IMG/VR virus record: IMGVR_UViG_3300048851_000182
Span: 1 to 54,641 of that record
Direction: 5' to 3' (one strand)
Origin: a virus
Taxonomy: Duplodnaviria; Caudoviricetes
DNA length: 54,641 nt
Both the position numbers and the translations under genes were made by a program. This document shows, one piece after another, positions 1 to 9,576 of the stretch; the first letter of the stretch is position 1, and each line of letters opens with the position of its first letter. The notes below the pieces were generated by a model that was not told the DNA's origin, made no database searches, and was given only the letters and a program-made list of their open reading frames with translations.

Positions 1-546
1 ATGCGCAGAATTGCGTTGGAAGAAAAGCTGGACGCAGAACAGAAATACATTGGTCCGCCCAACTTGCTGATTCCAACTAACGAATTCCTACAGGGTTATT
101 TTCAATCTATTGTGCCGTACGCCCGAAGCTCGGGGGCGGCCATGACCGACGAGATGGGCATTCTGAAAGTGAAGGAAGGAGTTAAATTATTACTACTTGC
201 ACTTCCTGGGCTGCGAAACTTTTTGTTCGACTTTTCACAACCTTACAAGATCGATTTGGAACGGTTCATGCTCAGTAACTTTCATTTCAACGTTCCCATT
301 GAAAAATTCGCGCAGCTTACCGGTCGCAGCCTGGCAGCTTTCAAACGTGATTTCCTGAAAATATTCGGCGTTCCGCCACGCCAGTGGTTACAAGACAAAC
401 GGTTGACCGAAGCAAAGCACCTCATTGAAACCAAACGTGAAAAGCCCTCGGCCATTTACCTTGATCTGGGATTTGAAAGTCTGTCACACTTCTCACGCTC
501 CTTCAAGAAAAAATTCGGGATGGCGCCCACTGCCCTACCCCGCTGA
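1..546 (+). CDS. AraC-family transcriptional regulator (probably 5'-truncated by the window edge)
   Basis: C-terminal double HTH signature (FAQLTGRSLAAFKRDF ... LGFESLSHFSRSFKKKFG). Confidence 0.9.
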   Translation: MRRIALEEKLDAEQKYIGPPNLLIPTNEFLQGYFQSIVPYARSSGAAMTDEMGILKVKEGVKLLLLALPGLRNFLFDFSQPYKIDLERFMLSNFHFNVPIEKFAQLTGRSLAAFKRDFLKIFGVPPRQWLQDKRLTEAKHLIETKREKPSAIYLDLGFESLSHFSRSFKKKFGMAPTALPR

Positions 547-562
547 CCCACATCATTGCCAG

Positions 563-913
563 CTATTCACCCTCGATAAATGTTGCAATTTCTGTTGGTG
601 TGTGTCCAAATTGCTTTTTAAAAGTGTAAGAAAAGTGCGATAAGGTTTCAAAACCCAATACCAAATAAATCTCGGACGCACCTTTGTTCTTTTGTGTGAT
701 AAGAAAATGTGCTCGTTCCAAGTGTTGTTTTTGCAACCATTTCTCGGCTGTCGTGTTGAAAATCTTTACAAAATCACGCTTAAAAGTAGATAAGCTTCTG
801 CCAGTTAGTTTCGCAAATTGCGCCAAAGGAATATTGTATGAAAAATGTCTTTTCATATACGCTTCCAAATCAATTTTGTGAGGCTCACTAAAATCAAACA
901 AAAAGTTTTTCAA
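563..913 (-). pseudogene. Truncated AraC-family paralog (HTH region only)
   Basis: Clearly similar to the C-terminal half of 1..546 (NFLFDFSEPHKIDLE, LTGRSLSTFKRDF, GFETLSHFS). An in-frame stop lies about 14 codons upstream, so there is no N-terminal domain. Confidence 0.65.
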
Positions 914-1194
914 TGCAGGATTGCTGTCTTGAAACGTCCAGATTTTCGCGGGTGGTTAGGTTCGACAAGGATGTCTGAGAATAGTTATTAGACCTTCTTA
1001 CCGATGAACCGTTACAGTACGCTGCGAGGCGCCCGGGATAGTGTTTATCGATGCTCAGGTCGACAAGCCCGTTTTTCACCACGGTAGCCTGCCATGCGTT
1101 TTGACACGTATTCTAGTATTGGTAGCGGAGACAGTGTGCCAATCAGCGGAAGCAGAGTAGTTCCCTTCTTGGCAGCAAAAAAAATACATCACAT

Positions 1195-1225
1195 CTTGCG
1201 TTTAAAGATTTTGTTTCTATTTTTG
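1195..1225 (+). promoter_or_regulatory. Bacteroidota-type promoter of the tRNA
   Basis: TATTTTTG (TAnnTTTG, -7 box) at 1218-1225 with CTTG 19 nt upstream; 30 nt before the tRNA. Confidence 0.65.
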
Positions 1226-1255
1226 CACCATGTTTCGCATACGGCGAGATATTTT

Positions 1256-1340
1256 AGAGAGATGGCAGAGTGGTCGATTGCGACGGTCTTGAAAACCGTT
1301 GACTGTAACAGGTCCGGGGGTTCGAATCCCTCTCTCTCTG
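1256..1340 (+). tRNA. tRNA-Ser (anticodon UGA); probable prophage integration site
   Basis: Acceptor AGAGAGA/TCTCTCT with discriminator G, anticodon arm ACGGT-CTTGAAA-ACCGT, long variable arm, T arm GGGGG-TTCGAAT-CCCTC. Confidence 0.97.
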
Positions 1341-1370
1341 CAGGAAGGTGCGAAATGTACAAAGTATTGC

Positions 1371-1399
1371 AAGCTCGGCCACGGTCGAGCTTTCTTTTT
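1371..1399 (+). terminator. Intrinsic terminator after tRNA-Ser
   Basis: AAGCTCGGCC-AC-GGTCGAGCTT hairpin followed by a T tract. Confidence 0.75.
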
Positions 1400-1442
1400 G
1401 GGCTGACATTGCGGTTTTCGGGGAATGTAACCGACTGATGAT

Positions 1443-1482
1443 TTTTCTACCATGTTTTATACCATCAGAACATGGTATAAAA
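1443..1482. promoter_or_regulatory. Direct and inverted repeats, candidate integrase arm-type sites
   Basis: TTTTCTACCAT and TTTTATACCAT in tandem, plus inverted ATGGTATAAAA, between the tRNA and the integrase. Confidence 0.5.
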
Positions 1483-1547
1483 TTTTGGATCGCGGTTACT
1501 TTTCACCAACTCTCTAAAACTATGCAGTACTTAAAAAAAACATCAGA

Positions 1548-2693
1548 ATGCGCGTTCGTTTTATCTTACGTAAAGCCCGCCTGAACAAATTAGGACAATG
1601 TCCGCTGGATTGCCACATCCGTGTTAACGGCATTCCTTCCACACCTTTCTCAACTTCCATCTTCGTAGCACCTTCCAAGTGGGATTCCAAGCTTCAACGT
1701 GTAAAAGGTGCTTCCGATCAGGTTTACAATCAAAATAAGAAGCTCGACCAGATCAGGACCGAGCTTGAAACAATCCGGGATACCCAGCTGGCAAGAGGAA
1801 AAAGATTATCAGCACGTGAGATTGTGGACATATATCACGGCAAGCGTGAAGTCTCGTGTACATTCCTTTCTTTGTGTGACAAGAAGATAGAATCCCTCAA
1901 ATCTCTGAACCGGGCCCCGGCCACAATCGGTATCCACAAAAAGTGTCACGCCTACCTATACAACTACCTGAAAGAAGATCTACCTGTTCATGAAATCCAG
2001 AGGAGGCACGTCTCAGGATTCTGGCAGCATTTGAAGAATCAGGGTTATGATCACGACTATGTAAACAAGACAGTGGCCAACTGTGTGAGCCTTTTCAAAT
2101 TTGCCGTCGCAAAGGGTTTCGCAGATTCTAACCCGTTCGCTGGTGTATCCTTCGTATGGGAGAATAAAGTTGATCTTACCTGCCTTGATGAGTGGGAGAT
2201 GGAGAAGCTCAAAACATATACTTGGAGCAACACTTTACAGCAGGTGGTAGATAGCCTGTTATTCATGTGTTACCAGGGAATGCACATATCCGATTACAGA
2301 AAGCTCAATGAAACCAACATCTCCACAATAAAAGAAATTAAATGGATCCGCATTGGGCGGACAAAGACAAAGGTGGAAGCGATAATACCACTTCATTCCG
2401 AAGCAGCAAAGATCATTGAGAAGTACGGAGACCTGTCGAAGCTTCCAAAACTGTCCGGGCAAAAGTCGAATGAATATTTAAAGATTGTCGCCGAGCGGAT
2501 TGGCACTGTAAAGCACTTGACCAACAAAGTAGCCCGCAAAACCTTCACGAACATGTGTATTAACGAATATGGCATGAGCGATGAGGCAGTTGCCGCGATG
2601 CTTGGTCATACGTCTACTAGGTTCGTCAAGAAATACGGAGCAGTTAAGCAAAACAGGATCCTTGCTGAGTGGAAGGACAAGAAAGTAGCATAA
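1548..2693 (+). CDS. int: Tyrosine recombinase (phage integrase)
   Basis: N-terminal arm-binding-like region, central core-binding region, catalytic region with RTKT, ARKTF, LGH and KKYG; adjacent to a tRNA. Confidence 0.92.
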   Translation: MRVRFILRKARLNKLGQCPLDCHIRVNGIPSTPFSTSIFVAPSKWDSKLQRVKGASDQVYNQNKKLDQIRTELETIRDTQLARGKRLSAREIVDIYHGKREVSCTFLSLCDKKIESLKSLNRAPATIGIHKKCHAYLYNYLKEDLPVHEIQRRHVSGFWQHLKNQGYDHDYVNKTVANCVSLFKFAVAKGFADSNPFAGVSFVWENKVDLTCLDEWEMEKLKTYTWSNTLQQVVDSLLFMCYQGMHISDYRKLNETNISTIKEIKWIRIGRTKTKVEAIIPLHSEAAKIIEKYGDLSKLPKLSGQKSNEYLKIVAERIGTVKHLTNKVARKTFTNMCINEYGMSDEAVAAMLGHTSTRFVKKYGAVKQNRILAEWKDKKVA

Positions 2694-2718
2694 GCATCAG
2701 AAGATTTTACTCAACGTT

Positions 2719-2994
2719 ATGGCTGAACGTATACTTACAGAAGAAGATAAGACACGTATCATTTCTAGCGTATATTCCAATGTAAAGAAGTTAAAGATTG
2801 CCACTTCTATACACGCATTGAAAGAGTCAACCGCGGATGAGCTCAGTGGCCGCACGGGCATCAAGGCAAACCTGATTACAACCTACCTTAAAGAGATGGA
2901 GAACGCGGGCATCATGGAGACTCGCCGAGAATCATACTTCATCTATTACCGACTTACTTCTTTCGGTGAAAAAATCGTCACGTTGTTCAATTAG
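2719..2994 (+). CDS. Small winged-HTH (ArsR-like) DNA-binding protein
   Basis: TADELSGRTGIKANLITTYLKEMENAGIMETRRESYFIYYRLT matches the ArsR-type wHTH pattern. Confidence 0.75.
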   Translation: MAERILTEEDKTRIISSVYSNVKKLKIATSIHALKESTADELSGRTGIKANLITTYLKEMENAGIMETRRESYFIYYRLTSFGEKIVTLFN

Positions 2995-3000
2995 CCAGTA

Positions 3001-3225
3001 TCATTTTTGACACAGGTAAGTTCGAAAAAACCATTTCATGTAAGTGGATATCCCGAACATTACTATTACAGTTCCATACATTCGGAGCTGATCATCAAAA
3101 GTAACTTGTCCGCTTAATAGAAGATATAAATTGAAGGCAAGGACAAGGACATACACCACTTGTAGGAATGTAAACAGCCCTATTGCTACCTTATAGTACG
3201 ATACTGGTTTTTTTATTACTGCCAT
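3001..3225 (-). CDS. Small membrane protein (two TM segments), antisense moron
   Basis: Two hydrophobic stretches; start placed at MAVIKK within ORF 3001..3375. Confidence 0.55.
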   Translation of the reverse strand: MAVIKKPVSYYKVAIGLFTFLQVVYVLVLAFNLYLLLSGQVTFDDQLRMYGTVIVMFGISTYMKWFFRTYLCQK

Positions 3226-3328
3226 TTCGAAGGGGTGAAGTTTACTTTTCAAAAGTAACTTAAAGTCGCAAGCTAATGCTCCGAGAAAAAACTTTTCCAT
3301 TTGAATCAAAAATATTTGATTCATTTTA

Positions 3329-3336
3329 TATCTTTG
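3329..3336 (+). promoter_or_regulatory. Candidate -7 promoter box upstream of the packaging operon
   Basis: TATCTTTG matches TAnnTTTG, about 30 nt before ORF 3365. Confidence 0.45.
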
Positions 3337-3364
3337 AATACCCACTCTATACTCACACCTTTTA

Positions 3365-3562
3365 ATGAACTTCAAAGAAGTGATGGCCGACCAGGGCTAT
3401 AAATCAAATAAGACCGCTAACATCTGTCAAAATTGCGCGAACCTGGAAGAAAAGAGCTTTCCTGCCAAAGATTTTGAGCGTCCGTCAACCCGCATAATTT
3501 GTGGAGTCGGGCGCTTCTTCGTAAAGAACTGTTTCACCTGTAACATGTTTGAATCGAAATGA
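3365..3562 (+). CDS. Small Cys-rich hypothetical protein
   Basis: CxxC plus further Cys; stop overlaps the terminase small subunit start (ATGA). Confidence 0.6.
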   Translation: MNFKEVMADQGYKSNKTANICQNCANLEEKSFPAKDFERPSTRIICGVGRFFVKNCFTCNMFESK

Positions 3563-4017
3563 GCGCGCCAAGTAATAATAGCTTTTGGATGCTCAGAAGT
3601 AAACATGGCAGGGATGCTTTGTTTAGCTCTCCCGAAAGTATGTGGGAAGCAGCATGTGAGTACTTCGAGTGGTGTGAAGAGAATCCACTGATCGAAATTG
3701 ACTTCGCTGGCAAGGACGCTATTAAGGTCGAAAAGCCTAAAATGAGGCCATTTACAATGCAGGGGCTTTGTAGGTATCTGGATTGCAACACTGAATATTT
3801 CCGTCAGTTCAAAAGTAAGCTCGACGAAGACCCGCAAGGTTTTTCTCGGGTCATTACACGCATAGAGGAAACGATCTACGAACAGAAGTTCACCGGCGCT
3901 GCTGCCGGCTTTTTGAATGCCAATATTATCAGCCGTGATCTTGGCCTGATCGATAAGAAGGATGTCAAGGTTGATACTGATATCATAGTCGAATTCACGG
4001 ATCCGGATGAAGCTTAA
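3559..4017 (+). CDS. terS: Terminase small subunit (P22 gp3-like)
   Basis: N-terminus MSAPSNNSFW..RSKHGR..WEAACEYFEW and C-terminus AAAGFLNANIISRDLGL resemble the gp3 packaging family; directly before the large subunit. Confidence 0.9.
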   Translation: MSAPSNNSFWMLRSKHGRDALFSSPESMWEAACEYFEWCEENPLIEIDFAGKDAIKVEKPKMRPFTMQGLCRYLDCNTEYFRQFKSKLDEDPQGFSRVITRIEETIYEQKFTGAAAGFLNANIISRDLGLIDKKDVKVDTDIIVEFTDPDEA

Positions 4018-5368
4018 AGTTGATAAGCGATTCTTTAACCGTGCGTTTTGGGTGATCACCAACGCGGTAGCGCGTTTCGTGGTGATACGGGGAGGCTCGA
4101 ACTCCTCTAAAAGCTGGTCCAACTACCAGGCTCTCGTTCTTTGGCTTTTACAGGGAAATGAAAATGCGATAGTATTCCGTAAGCAAGGATCGACGTTGCG
4201 CAATTCGGTTTACGAGAACTTAAAGCTCGTAGCCAAGCAGCTCAAAATCGATCATCTGTTTGAATACTATTATTCAGGCGACAAACGCGAGGTAGTTTGC
4301 AAGGTTGGAGGAAACCGAATCGTGATGTCAGGACTCGATGAGCCCGACAAGTTGAAATCCATTGTCGGGATTAAACGCGTGGTTCTTGAAGAAGCTGACG
4401 CTTTCACTATCGACGATTTCAAAGAGCTAGTTCGTCGTTTTCGCGGTGTAAAGGGCATTCAGTTCTTTTTCATCTTTAACCCGGTTTCGGAGAAGCATTG
4501 GCTGAAAGAGGTGCTCTTCGATACTCCGCAGTATGCAGAGCGCGCTGAACACCACGTATTCACCATAGATGACAACCGGTTTGCTACTGCCGAGGATTAC
4601 GCAGAGCTCGAAGCGCTCAGGGAGATTGATGAAGATCAGTACCGGATTTACCGGTGGGGCGAATGGGGTATCATTCGTGCTCAAAATCCATATCTGCTGC
4701 ACCTTAAACGGCCAGTTAACGCTCGGAAGGTCATTGACAACGAAGACGAGGGCATTATCCTATCCTTCGACTTCAACATTAAAAACTCTGTCACCGTTTG
4801 GCAGAAGTGGCTTGACGAAGATGATCAGTGGCATGTACAGTGTTTGCGCGAAATCAGAATGGGTGGAACAGAAGATACGGACCTGGAAGCGATCTGCCAG
4901 ATCATTGCCACCGATTATGGAGACAGAGAGATCAGTTTCAGCGGCGACAGCTCGGGCAACAATGGGTCCGCTCTGACAAAAGGCAATGCGGAAGCTTTCA
5001 AGATCGTGTACAGCTACTTGATGAAGCATGGATGTGAATTCCTGACCTACAATAAGCTGCAAAGCAATCCGCGTCGGAAGAAAAGCCGGTTTGTCACAAA
5101 CGCCATCACCAAAGAGCTGGCTGAAAACTTCGCGATCGATGAGAGCTGCACCGAATTATGGGCTGACATCGTAGCCATTCCCTGCAACGCGGAAGGTGAT
5201 TTGGATAAGAAGTTCTGTGATGATAACGATGTTGGCCACTTATTGGATACGCTCAGATACTTTGTCTGGGTGTTTTGCTTCGATATCTGGCTTGACGTTA
5301 AAAAGAATATTGCCGTGCCGAAAGAATTCCAGATTGATGACAACAACGTCAAGAAGAATGCGGCTTAG
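4007..5368 (+). CDS. terL: Terminase large subunit (PBSX-like)
   Basis: Walker A-like GGSNSSKS, GLDEPDKLKS, Walker B VVLEEA, FNP coupling motif, nuclease DFN and HLLDTLRY. Confidence 0.93.
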   Translation: MKLKVDKRFFNRAFWVITNAVARFVVIRGGSNSSKSWSNYQALVLWLLQGNENAIVFRKQGSTLRNSVYENLKLVAKQLKIDHLFEYYYSGDKREVVCKVGGNRIVMSGLDEPDKLKSIVGIKRVVLEEADAFTIDDFKELVRRFRGVKGIQFFFIFNPVSEKHWLKEVLFDTPQYAERAEHHVFTIDDNRFATAEDYAELEALREIDEDQYRIYRWGEWGIIRAQNPYLLHLKRPVNARKVIDNEDEGIILSFDFNIKNSVTVWQKWLDEDDQWHVQCLREIRMGGTEDTDLEAICQIIATDYGDREISFSGDSSGNNGSALTKGNAEAFKIVYSYLMKHGCEFLTYNKLQSNPRRKKSRFVTNAITKELAENFAIDESCTELWADIVAIPCNAEGDLDKKFCDDNDVGHLLDTLRYFVWVFCFDIWLDVKKNIAVPKEFQIDDNNVKKNAA

Positions 5369-5497
5369 CGAATATAGTGTGTAGAGTAATCGCAATAGTA
5401 TTTCCGTTGGATTGACCTATTGTTTCATTCTTGGATAAACACAACGACTTTGATGTTAATGCGGCGGTTGATCGTCGCCCAAACGTAAAATAGTACA

Positions 5498-5695
5498 ATG
5501 TCACAACTCAGAAGAGCCCGGCGAAAGCAGCAGCGAGAACAGGGTAAAACGATGAAGAAGTTTGTCGACCTGTCCAAACAGCAGCAGGATTTGGAAAACC
5601 AATTTGCCGCAACCTTCCGGGAATACGGACTTGATCCGTACGGAAAAGACAGCGACGCGTTTCAGCAAGCATTGATCACACATAAAATAAAGTAG
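5498..5695 (+). CDS. Hypothetical protein
   Basis: Co-oriented ORF in the operon, basic N-terminus. Confidence 0.55.
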   Translation: MSQLRRARRKQQREQGKTMKKFVDLSKQQQDLENQFAATFREYGLDPYGKDSDAFQQALITHKIK

Positions 5696-5697
5696 AT

Positions 5698-6036
5698 ATG
5701 CCAATTCTTTTTAACCAGCCTCTTGGATCAAAGGAAGTTACCGTTGTCGAATTCGGAACAGGAGATGTCGCCATGTACCCAGATATGGGCGCTTTTAATT
5801 CATTGTATTTGGTGCAAGATGTTCCGAAGCCTGTTGAAGAATGGAAGCTCGGCGAAAACCTTTTTGACACCGGTGAGAGAAAAACCACCGACGAGCTTAA
5901 TGGCGATATCGTTCAGTTATTCTTTGGGAGAGTTGAATCGGTCACTTCATTGATAGAGAGCTTACAGAGGGTTCGCGACAACATGGCCAAAAACGAGAAG
6001 TCGTATCACGATTTCAGCAATGATCCTAACCAATGA
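5698..6036 (+). CDS. Hypothetical protein
   Basis: Tightly packed co-oriented ORF. Confidence 0.65.
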   Translation: MPILFNQPLGSKEVTVVEFGTGDVAMYPDMGAFNSLYLVQDVPKPVEEWKLGENLFDTGERKTTDELNGDIVQLFFGRVESVTSLIESLQRVRDNMAKNEKSYHDFSNDPNQ

Positions 6037-6401
6037 AAAAGGCAAAAAAGAAGGACATCATGTTCTTCGCCCCTACTCTATCGGAAAAGCCGAAAGGTGT
6101 CAACATTGACCATGTGAAAGGACTCTTTCACTACTTCGGTTACGAGCCAACGACGCCAGAAGTGGGCGGGTTTATGGGATTTGAGCATAAGCTATTTGAA
6201 GGAAACAAAGTCATTTACGAACAACGCAGTGGCTTTTTGTGCAAAATAACGTTCTGCGAGCCAGGTACCGGCAGTTTCGCAACAGGGTCTCAATCCGTGT
6301 GTCCAAAGACATGGTCTGGCCTGTTCACGGCAATTAAAACTCATACCCGAAGGTTGATTTTCATCCGGGATCTCGCTCAATCTAAAAACAAAGCAGCATG
6401 A
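6033..6401 (+). CDS. Hypothetical protein
   Basis: ATGA overlaps at both ends. Confidence 0.65.
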   Translation: MKKAKKKDIMFFAPTLSEKPKGVNIDHVKGLFHYFGYEPTTPEVGGFMGFEHKLFEGNKVIYEQRSGFLCKITFCEPGTGSFATGSQSVCPKTWSGLFTAIKTHTRRLIFIRDLAQSKNKAA

Positions 6402-7405
6402 ATCCACTCGAATCTTTGGTAGGACTTTCGCCCGTTGACGCCGGATCAACCCGGATGTATGTCAATCGGCTTCCGAATGCCAATCCTGAATTGATCAAAG
6501 CCATCGCAGAAGACGATGATAAATCCCAAGGAGATCCGGCCGGGCTTGCAACGATCTGGCAGGAAGTGAAGGATGAAGCCTACGACTGCCTGAGATCAGA
6601 TCTGCTTTCCGAAATGGCAAAGCGGGCCAACTTCCGCGAGGTAGTTGAAAGCTCTGCACTGCCTGATATCATCAGCAATCCGGAATCGATCATTTTTACA
6701 GAGGAGAGAATCATTGGTGTGATGATCACCATGCCGAAAAGCCGGTATCAGTCACTGTACATCCGCAACCTGTATGTGAATTACATGATCGGAGCCTTTC
6801 CAGCAAGTGCAGTACTGAAGGTATTCGATATTGACAAGGGTGTACAGATCGGTGACGATATTGAGGTATCAGTAACTGTTGACATGGATTGTCTCCCTGT
6901 GGACGTAACTATCGATTGCAGCAAAACCGGTAACCGGTCCATCTTTGTCGGTGTGGTCGTTGATGAAAATACCGAGCTGCTATCAATGGACTGGTCAAAC
7001 CCGTGCAGCTACGCAGGTGCTTATCTGTACAATCTCACAAATCCGGATTCTCCTATCCTTTCAAATCTGAACGATATGGATGATTGCTATGTCGCGCTCG
7101 AATATGAAATCAGGCTTTCCATTGACCAGGTAATTGCTCAATTCTCCGAAAAGCTGAAACGGACTTATGCGCTCATGTGCGCAGCTGGCATCATTGATCG
7201 CGGCCTCAAATCCAAACGAGCGAGCAAGTGGACACTGGTCAATCGCGATGCGGAACGTCAAAACTTGGAAGATATCCGGGCCGATCTGAAAAAAGAAATT
7301 GCGGGTGCCTGCCGGCTGATCTATGGCCAGGTTGAACAGGAGAAACTTGCACTGATATCACGGCCAGACGACCAGCAGGGGTATTTCATTGGCAGCTTTG
7401 TTTAA
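6398..7405 (+). CDS. Putative virion structural protein (head-tail connector candidate)
   Basis: 335 aa ORF at the start of the neck/tail cluster; function from position only. Confidence 0.5.
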   Translation: MNPLESLVGLSPVDAGSTRMYVNRLPNANPELIKAIAEDDDKSQGDPAGLATIWQEVKDEAYDCLRSDLLSEMAKRANFREVVESSALPDIISNPESIIFTEERIIGVMITMPKSRYQSLYIRNLYVNYMIGAFPASAVLKVFDIDKGVQIGDDIEVSVTVDMDCLPVDVTIDCSKTGNRSIFVGVVVDENTELLSMDWSNPCSYAGAYLYNLTNPDSPILSNLNDMDDCYVALEYEIRLSIDQVIAQFSEKLKRTYALMCAAGIIDRGLKSKRASKWTLVNRDAERQNLEDIRADLKKEIAGACRLIYGQVEQEKLALISRPDDQQGYFIGSFV

Positions 7406-7414
7406 TCACGAATT

Positions 7415-7897
7415 ATGATAACCAAATCCGACAGCCGCGAAGTACTGGAAGTTGCGATCTCACTGCAAAACATGGGTAAGCTGATCGAAGAAGATCTCGA
7501 ACGCGAATTGCTCAGAGCCGGTGCCGATGTGGTAGTCGTAGTTGCACACCGGATAAGGCATAATGGAAAGGATGCGCTCGGCAACACGCTGGATACCAAA
7601 TCAAAGAAACGCGAAGGCGCATACTCCCAAAGATACGCCGGCATCAGGAGAGACGCTGGTAGGCAAATCAACCGAGTAGACCTAAACATGACCGGCAGGA
7701 TGATGCTCGACTACAATCTTACGGAGCGAACTACGCGCATGGTTGGAGTAGGCTTCATGTCGGAGGAGTCTGACGAGAAAGCTGAGTACCTGGAAGAATA
7801 TTACGGTGCTGAGATATTCGTGCCTTCCGAAGAAGAGGAGGCAGATATCATGGAAGATGCGATGGCCAGAATCGAAAAACACATTGATAAATTATGA
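7415..7897 (+). CDS. Putative neck / tail completion protein
   Basis: YSQRYAGIRRDAGRQINRVDLNMTGRM resembles the virion morphogenesis L-x-x-T-G-x-L/M motif. Confidence 0.6.
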   Translation: MITKSDSREVLEVAISLQNMGKLIEEDLERELLRAGADVVVVVAHRIRHNGKDALGNTLDTKSKKREGAYSQRYAGIRRDAGRQINRVDLNMTGRMMLDYNLTERTTRMVGVGFMSEESDEKAEYLEEYYGAEIFVPSEEEEADIMEDAMARIEKHIDKL

Positions 7898-8424
7898 TCA
7901 ACCATCGGATTCAACACATTAATGCTACTTTCTTAGACCTGCTTCCGAGGCAATGCGGTGAGCTGGTTTGGCGTGTACAGCTCAATGAATTGGGTAAACT
8001 CGTATGGAGCACTGAGGATAAAAACCGCTACATGCATGATCAAGACAGATCCTTCATTGTGCGCGAAGATGAGTTTGATCTGCAAACATGTCATCTGGTC
8101 GAGAGGGTCAGAAAGCAAAAGGTGGAATCCGGCATTAACGTTCCGGTTTATACCGTTGAGTGCAGCTGGCTCGGTGTAGGTACCACGCTCACAGCTGGTC
8201 TGTTGGCGATGTCGGTTTTCGAAGATTTGGAACATTACAATATCTCTGCATCGGATCTAAATACTAACACTGAGCAGATCCTTTCCGCTTATTGGGGAAT
8301 CGATCGGGATACCTTCGGGCAGAACCCACAGTATAACGCATTTCGCATTTCTTATTCATACACACTGCCGACCTTGGATCGCGAGGATCTCATGATTCTG
8401 GAAGGCCTAACCGATTTAGACTGA
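7894..8424 (+). CDS. Putative tail terminator-like protein
   Basis: Size and position after the neck gene; function inferred. Confidence 0.4.
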   Translation: MINHRIQHINATFLDLLPRQCGELVWRVQLNELGKLVWSTEDKNRYMHDQDRSFIVREDEFDLQTCHLVERVRKQKVESGINVPVYTVECSWLGVGTTLTAGLLAMSVFEDLEHYNISASDLNTNTEQILSAYWGIDRDTFGQNPQYNAFRISYSYTLPTLDREDLMILEGLTDLD

Positions 8425-8672
8425 TGTCACCAATCGAATTCACCGGCGTAAATGTGATTTATGCCAAAGATCAACCTGAGTATCTGCCCCTTCCAGTAAT
8501 GAAATTGCAAGATGGAACTGTGATCTCCTGCTGGCAGGTAACAGACGAAGATCTTGAACGAATTATTAAAACGCGACAGGTCTTTGTGTCGCAGTTGACA
8601 TTTAATACTCCGTTGCAGCCGCTAAACGTGGTGACTGGGTTGGATGAATTGGTACAATTTGTAAACGGATAA
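8424..8672 (+). CDS. Phage hypothetical protein
   Basis: Translationally coupled ORF (AKDQPEYLPLP ... ISCW). Confidence 0.7.
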   Translation: MSPIEFTGVNVIYAKDQPEYLPLPVMKLQDGTVISCWQVTDEDLERIIKTRQVFVSQLTFNTPLQPLNVVTGLDELVQFVNG

Positions 8673-8678
8673 TAATTG

Positions 8679-8855
8679 ATGGAATTGATCTGGATGATAT
8701 TCATTTTTTCCGCATGTCTTATCGCTGCCGAAATATTGGCAGACCTACTATATAGTGCTGTTAGCTTTATTCTCGAAGCCGTGCAAATAATCGGAGAAAC
8801 GGTGTACAGGCTGAGCTTTTTTATTTGCACGAAACTATTCAAATCACTTCGGTAA
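8679..8855 (+). CDS. Small hydrophobic protein (58 aa, not in the ORF track)
   Basis: ATG 8679 to TAA 8855, MELIWMIFIFSACLIAAEILADLL...; fills the gap between its neighbours. Confidence 0.5.
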   Translation: MELIWMIFIFSACLIAAEILADLLYSAVSFILEAVQIIGETVYRLSFFICTKLFKSLR

Positions 8856-8859
8856 CTCT

Positions 8860-9576
8860 ATGCATCCACAATTAACCTACGCCCTCGAACGCGGATACGT
8901 TGAGCCAGTCTTGATGCCCGATGGCACTCAGATGGAAATCAACGGAACCAAATACTTTGTCTTTTCCAATTCAGGTGAGAAGCTGACACAATCTCGCCTT
9001 TACGCATTCTCTGACTTTTTGGATGAATCAAACAGATTTATCGCCAAGAAAGAGGATCTGGAAACAGCAATGTCCTTCATTGAAGAAACACTCGCTGAAG
9101 CGCTCATGGTGGTAAACACCGAGCCGCGCGAATGTCTCGACCTGATCACTCAGGCCAGGTACCGGGCTCAAAGCACGAAGCAGCGTATCCAGATGGGTGC
9201 TAGTATTGAACGCATCTGGGAGATATCAGCGATCTGGTTTTTATCAGAACACGAGGATCCGGAAATCAATGATCCTATCATCAATCGGAAGAAGGTCGCT
9301 GACTTCCAAACCAGGCCGGAGCTTACCGGTTTTTTTCAGAGATGGGCAAAGAACGTATGGAACGCTTTGCCCAAGTACTTAGAGGGCTTTTCGCTGAATG
9401 CTATGAGAGATCTCAATCTGGGGGACATAATTCAGAACCAGATTTTCACTCTATCCAACAGTGGCGCGTTTTCACGGATAAGCAGCGAACTACGCGGCTC
9501 CTTGAACTCGCAAACGGAGACGTGGGCAAATGTGAACGATACCTTCGACTACCTGCATACGAGTTCCACAAATTGA
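8860..9576 (+). CDS. Putative tail assembly chaperone, zero-frame product
   Basis: Directly upstream of the tape measure gene; contains slippery T TTT TTT at 9330-9336. Confidence 0.7.
   Translation: MHPQLTYALERGYVEPVLMPDGTQMEINGTKYFVFSNSGEKLTQSRLYAFSDFLDESNRFIAKKEDLETAMSFIEETLAEALMVVNTEPRECLDLITQARYRAQSTKQRIQMGASIERIWEISAIWFLSEHEDPEINDPIINRKKVADFQTRPELTGFFQRWAKNVWNALPKYLEGFSLNAMRDLNLGDIIQNQIFTLSNSGAFSRISSELRGSLNSQTETWANVNDTFDYLHTSSTN

Noticed and set aside
894-1093. Possible IS remnant that truncated the AraC paralog
   Set aside because: No terminal repeats or transposase motif could be identified.
1094-1584. ORFs 1094..1438, 1217..1453 and 1348..1584
   Set aside because: They overlap the tRNA, its terminator and the att region; likely spurious.
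3427-4122. 231 aa minus-strand ORF
   Set aside because: Antisense shadow of the terminase genes with no recognisable motifs.
6000-6036. C-terminal DFSNDPN as a third FxDDF motif
   Set aside because: Only one Phe; the periodic pattern is missing.
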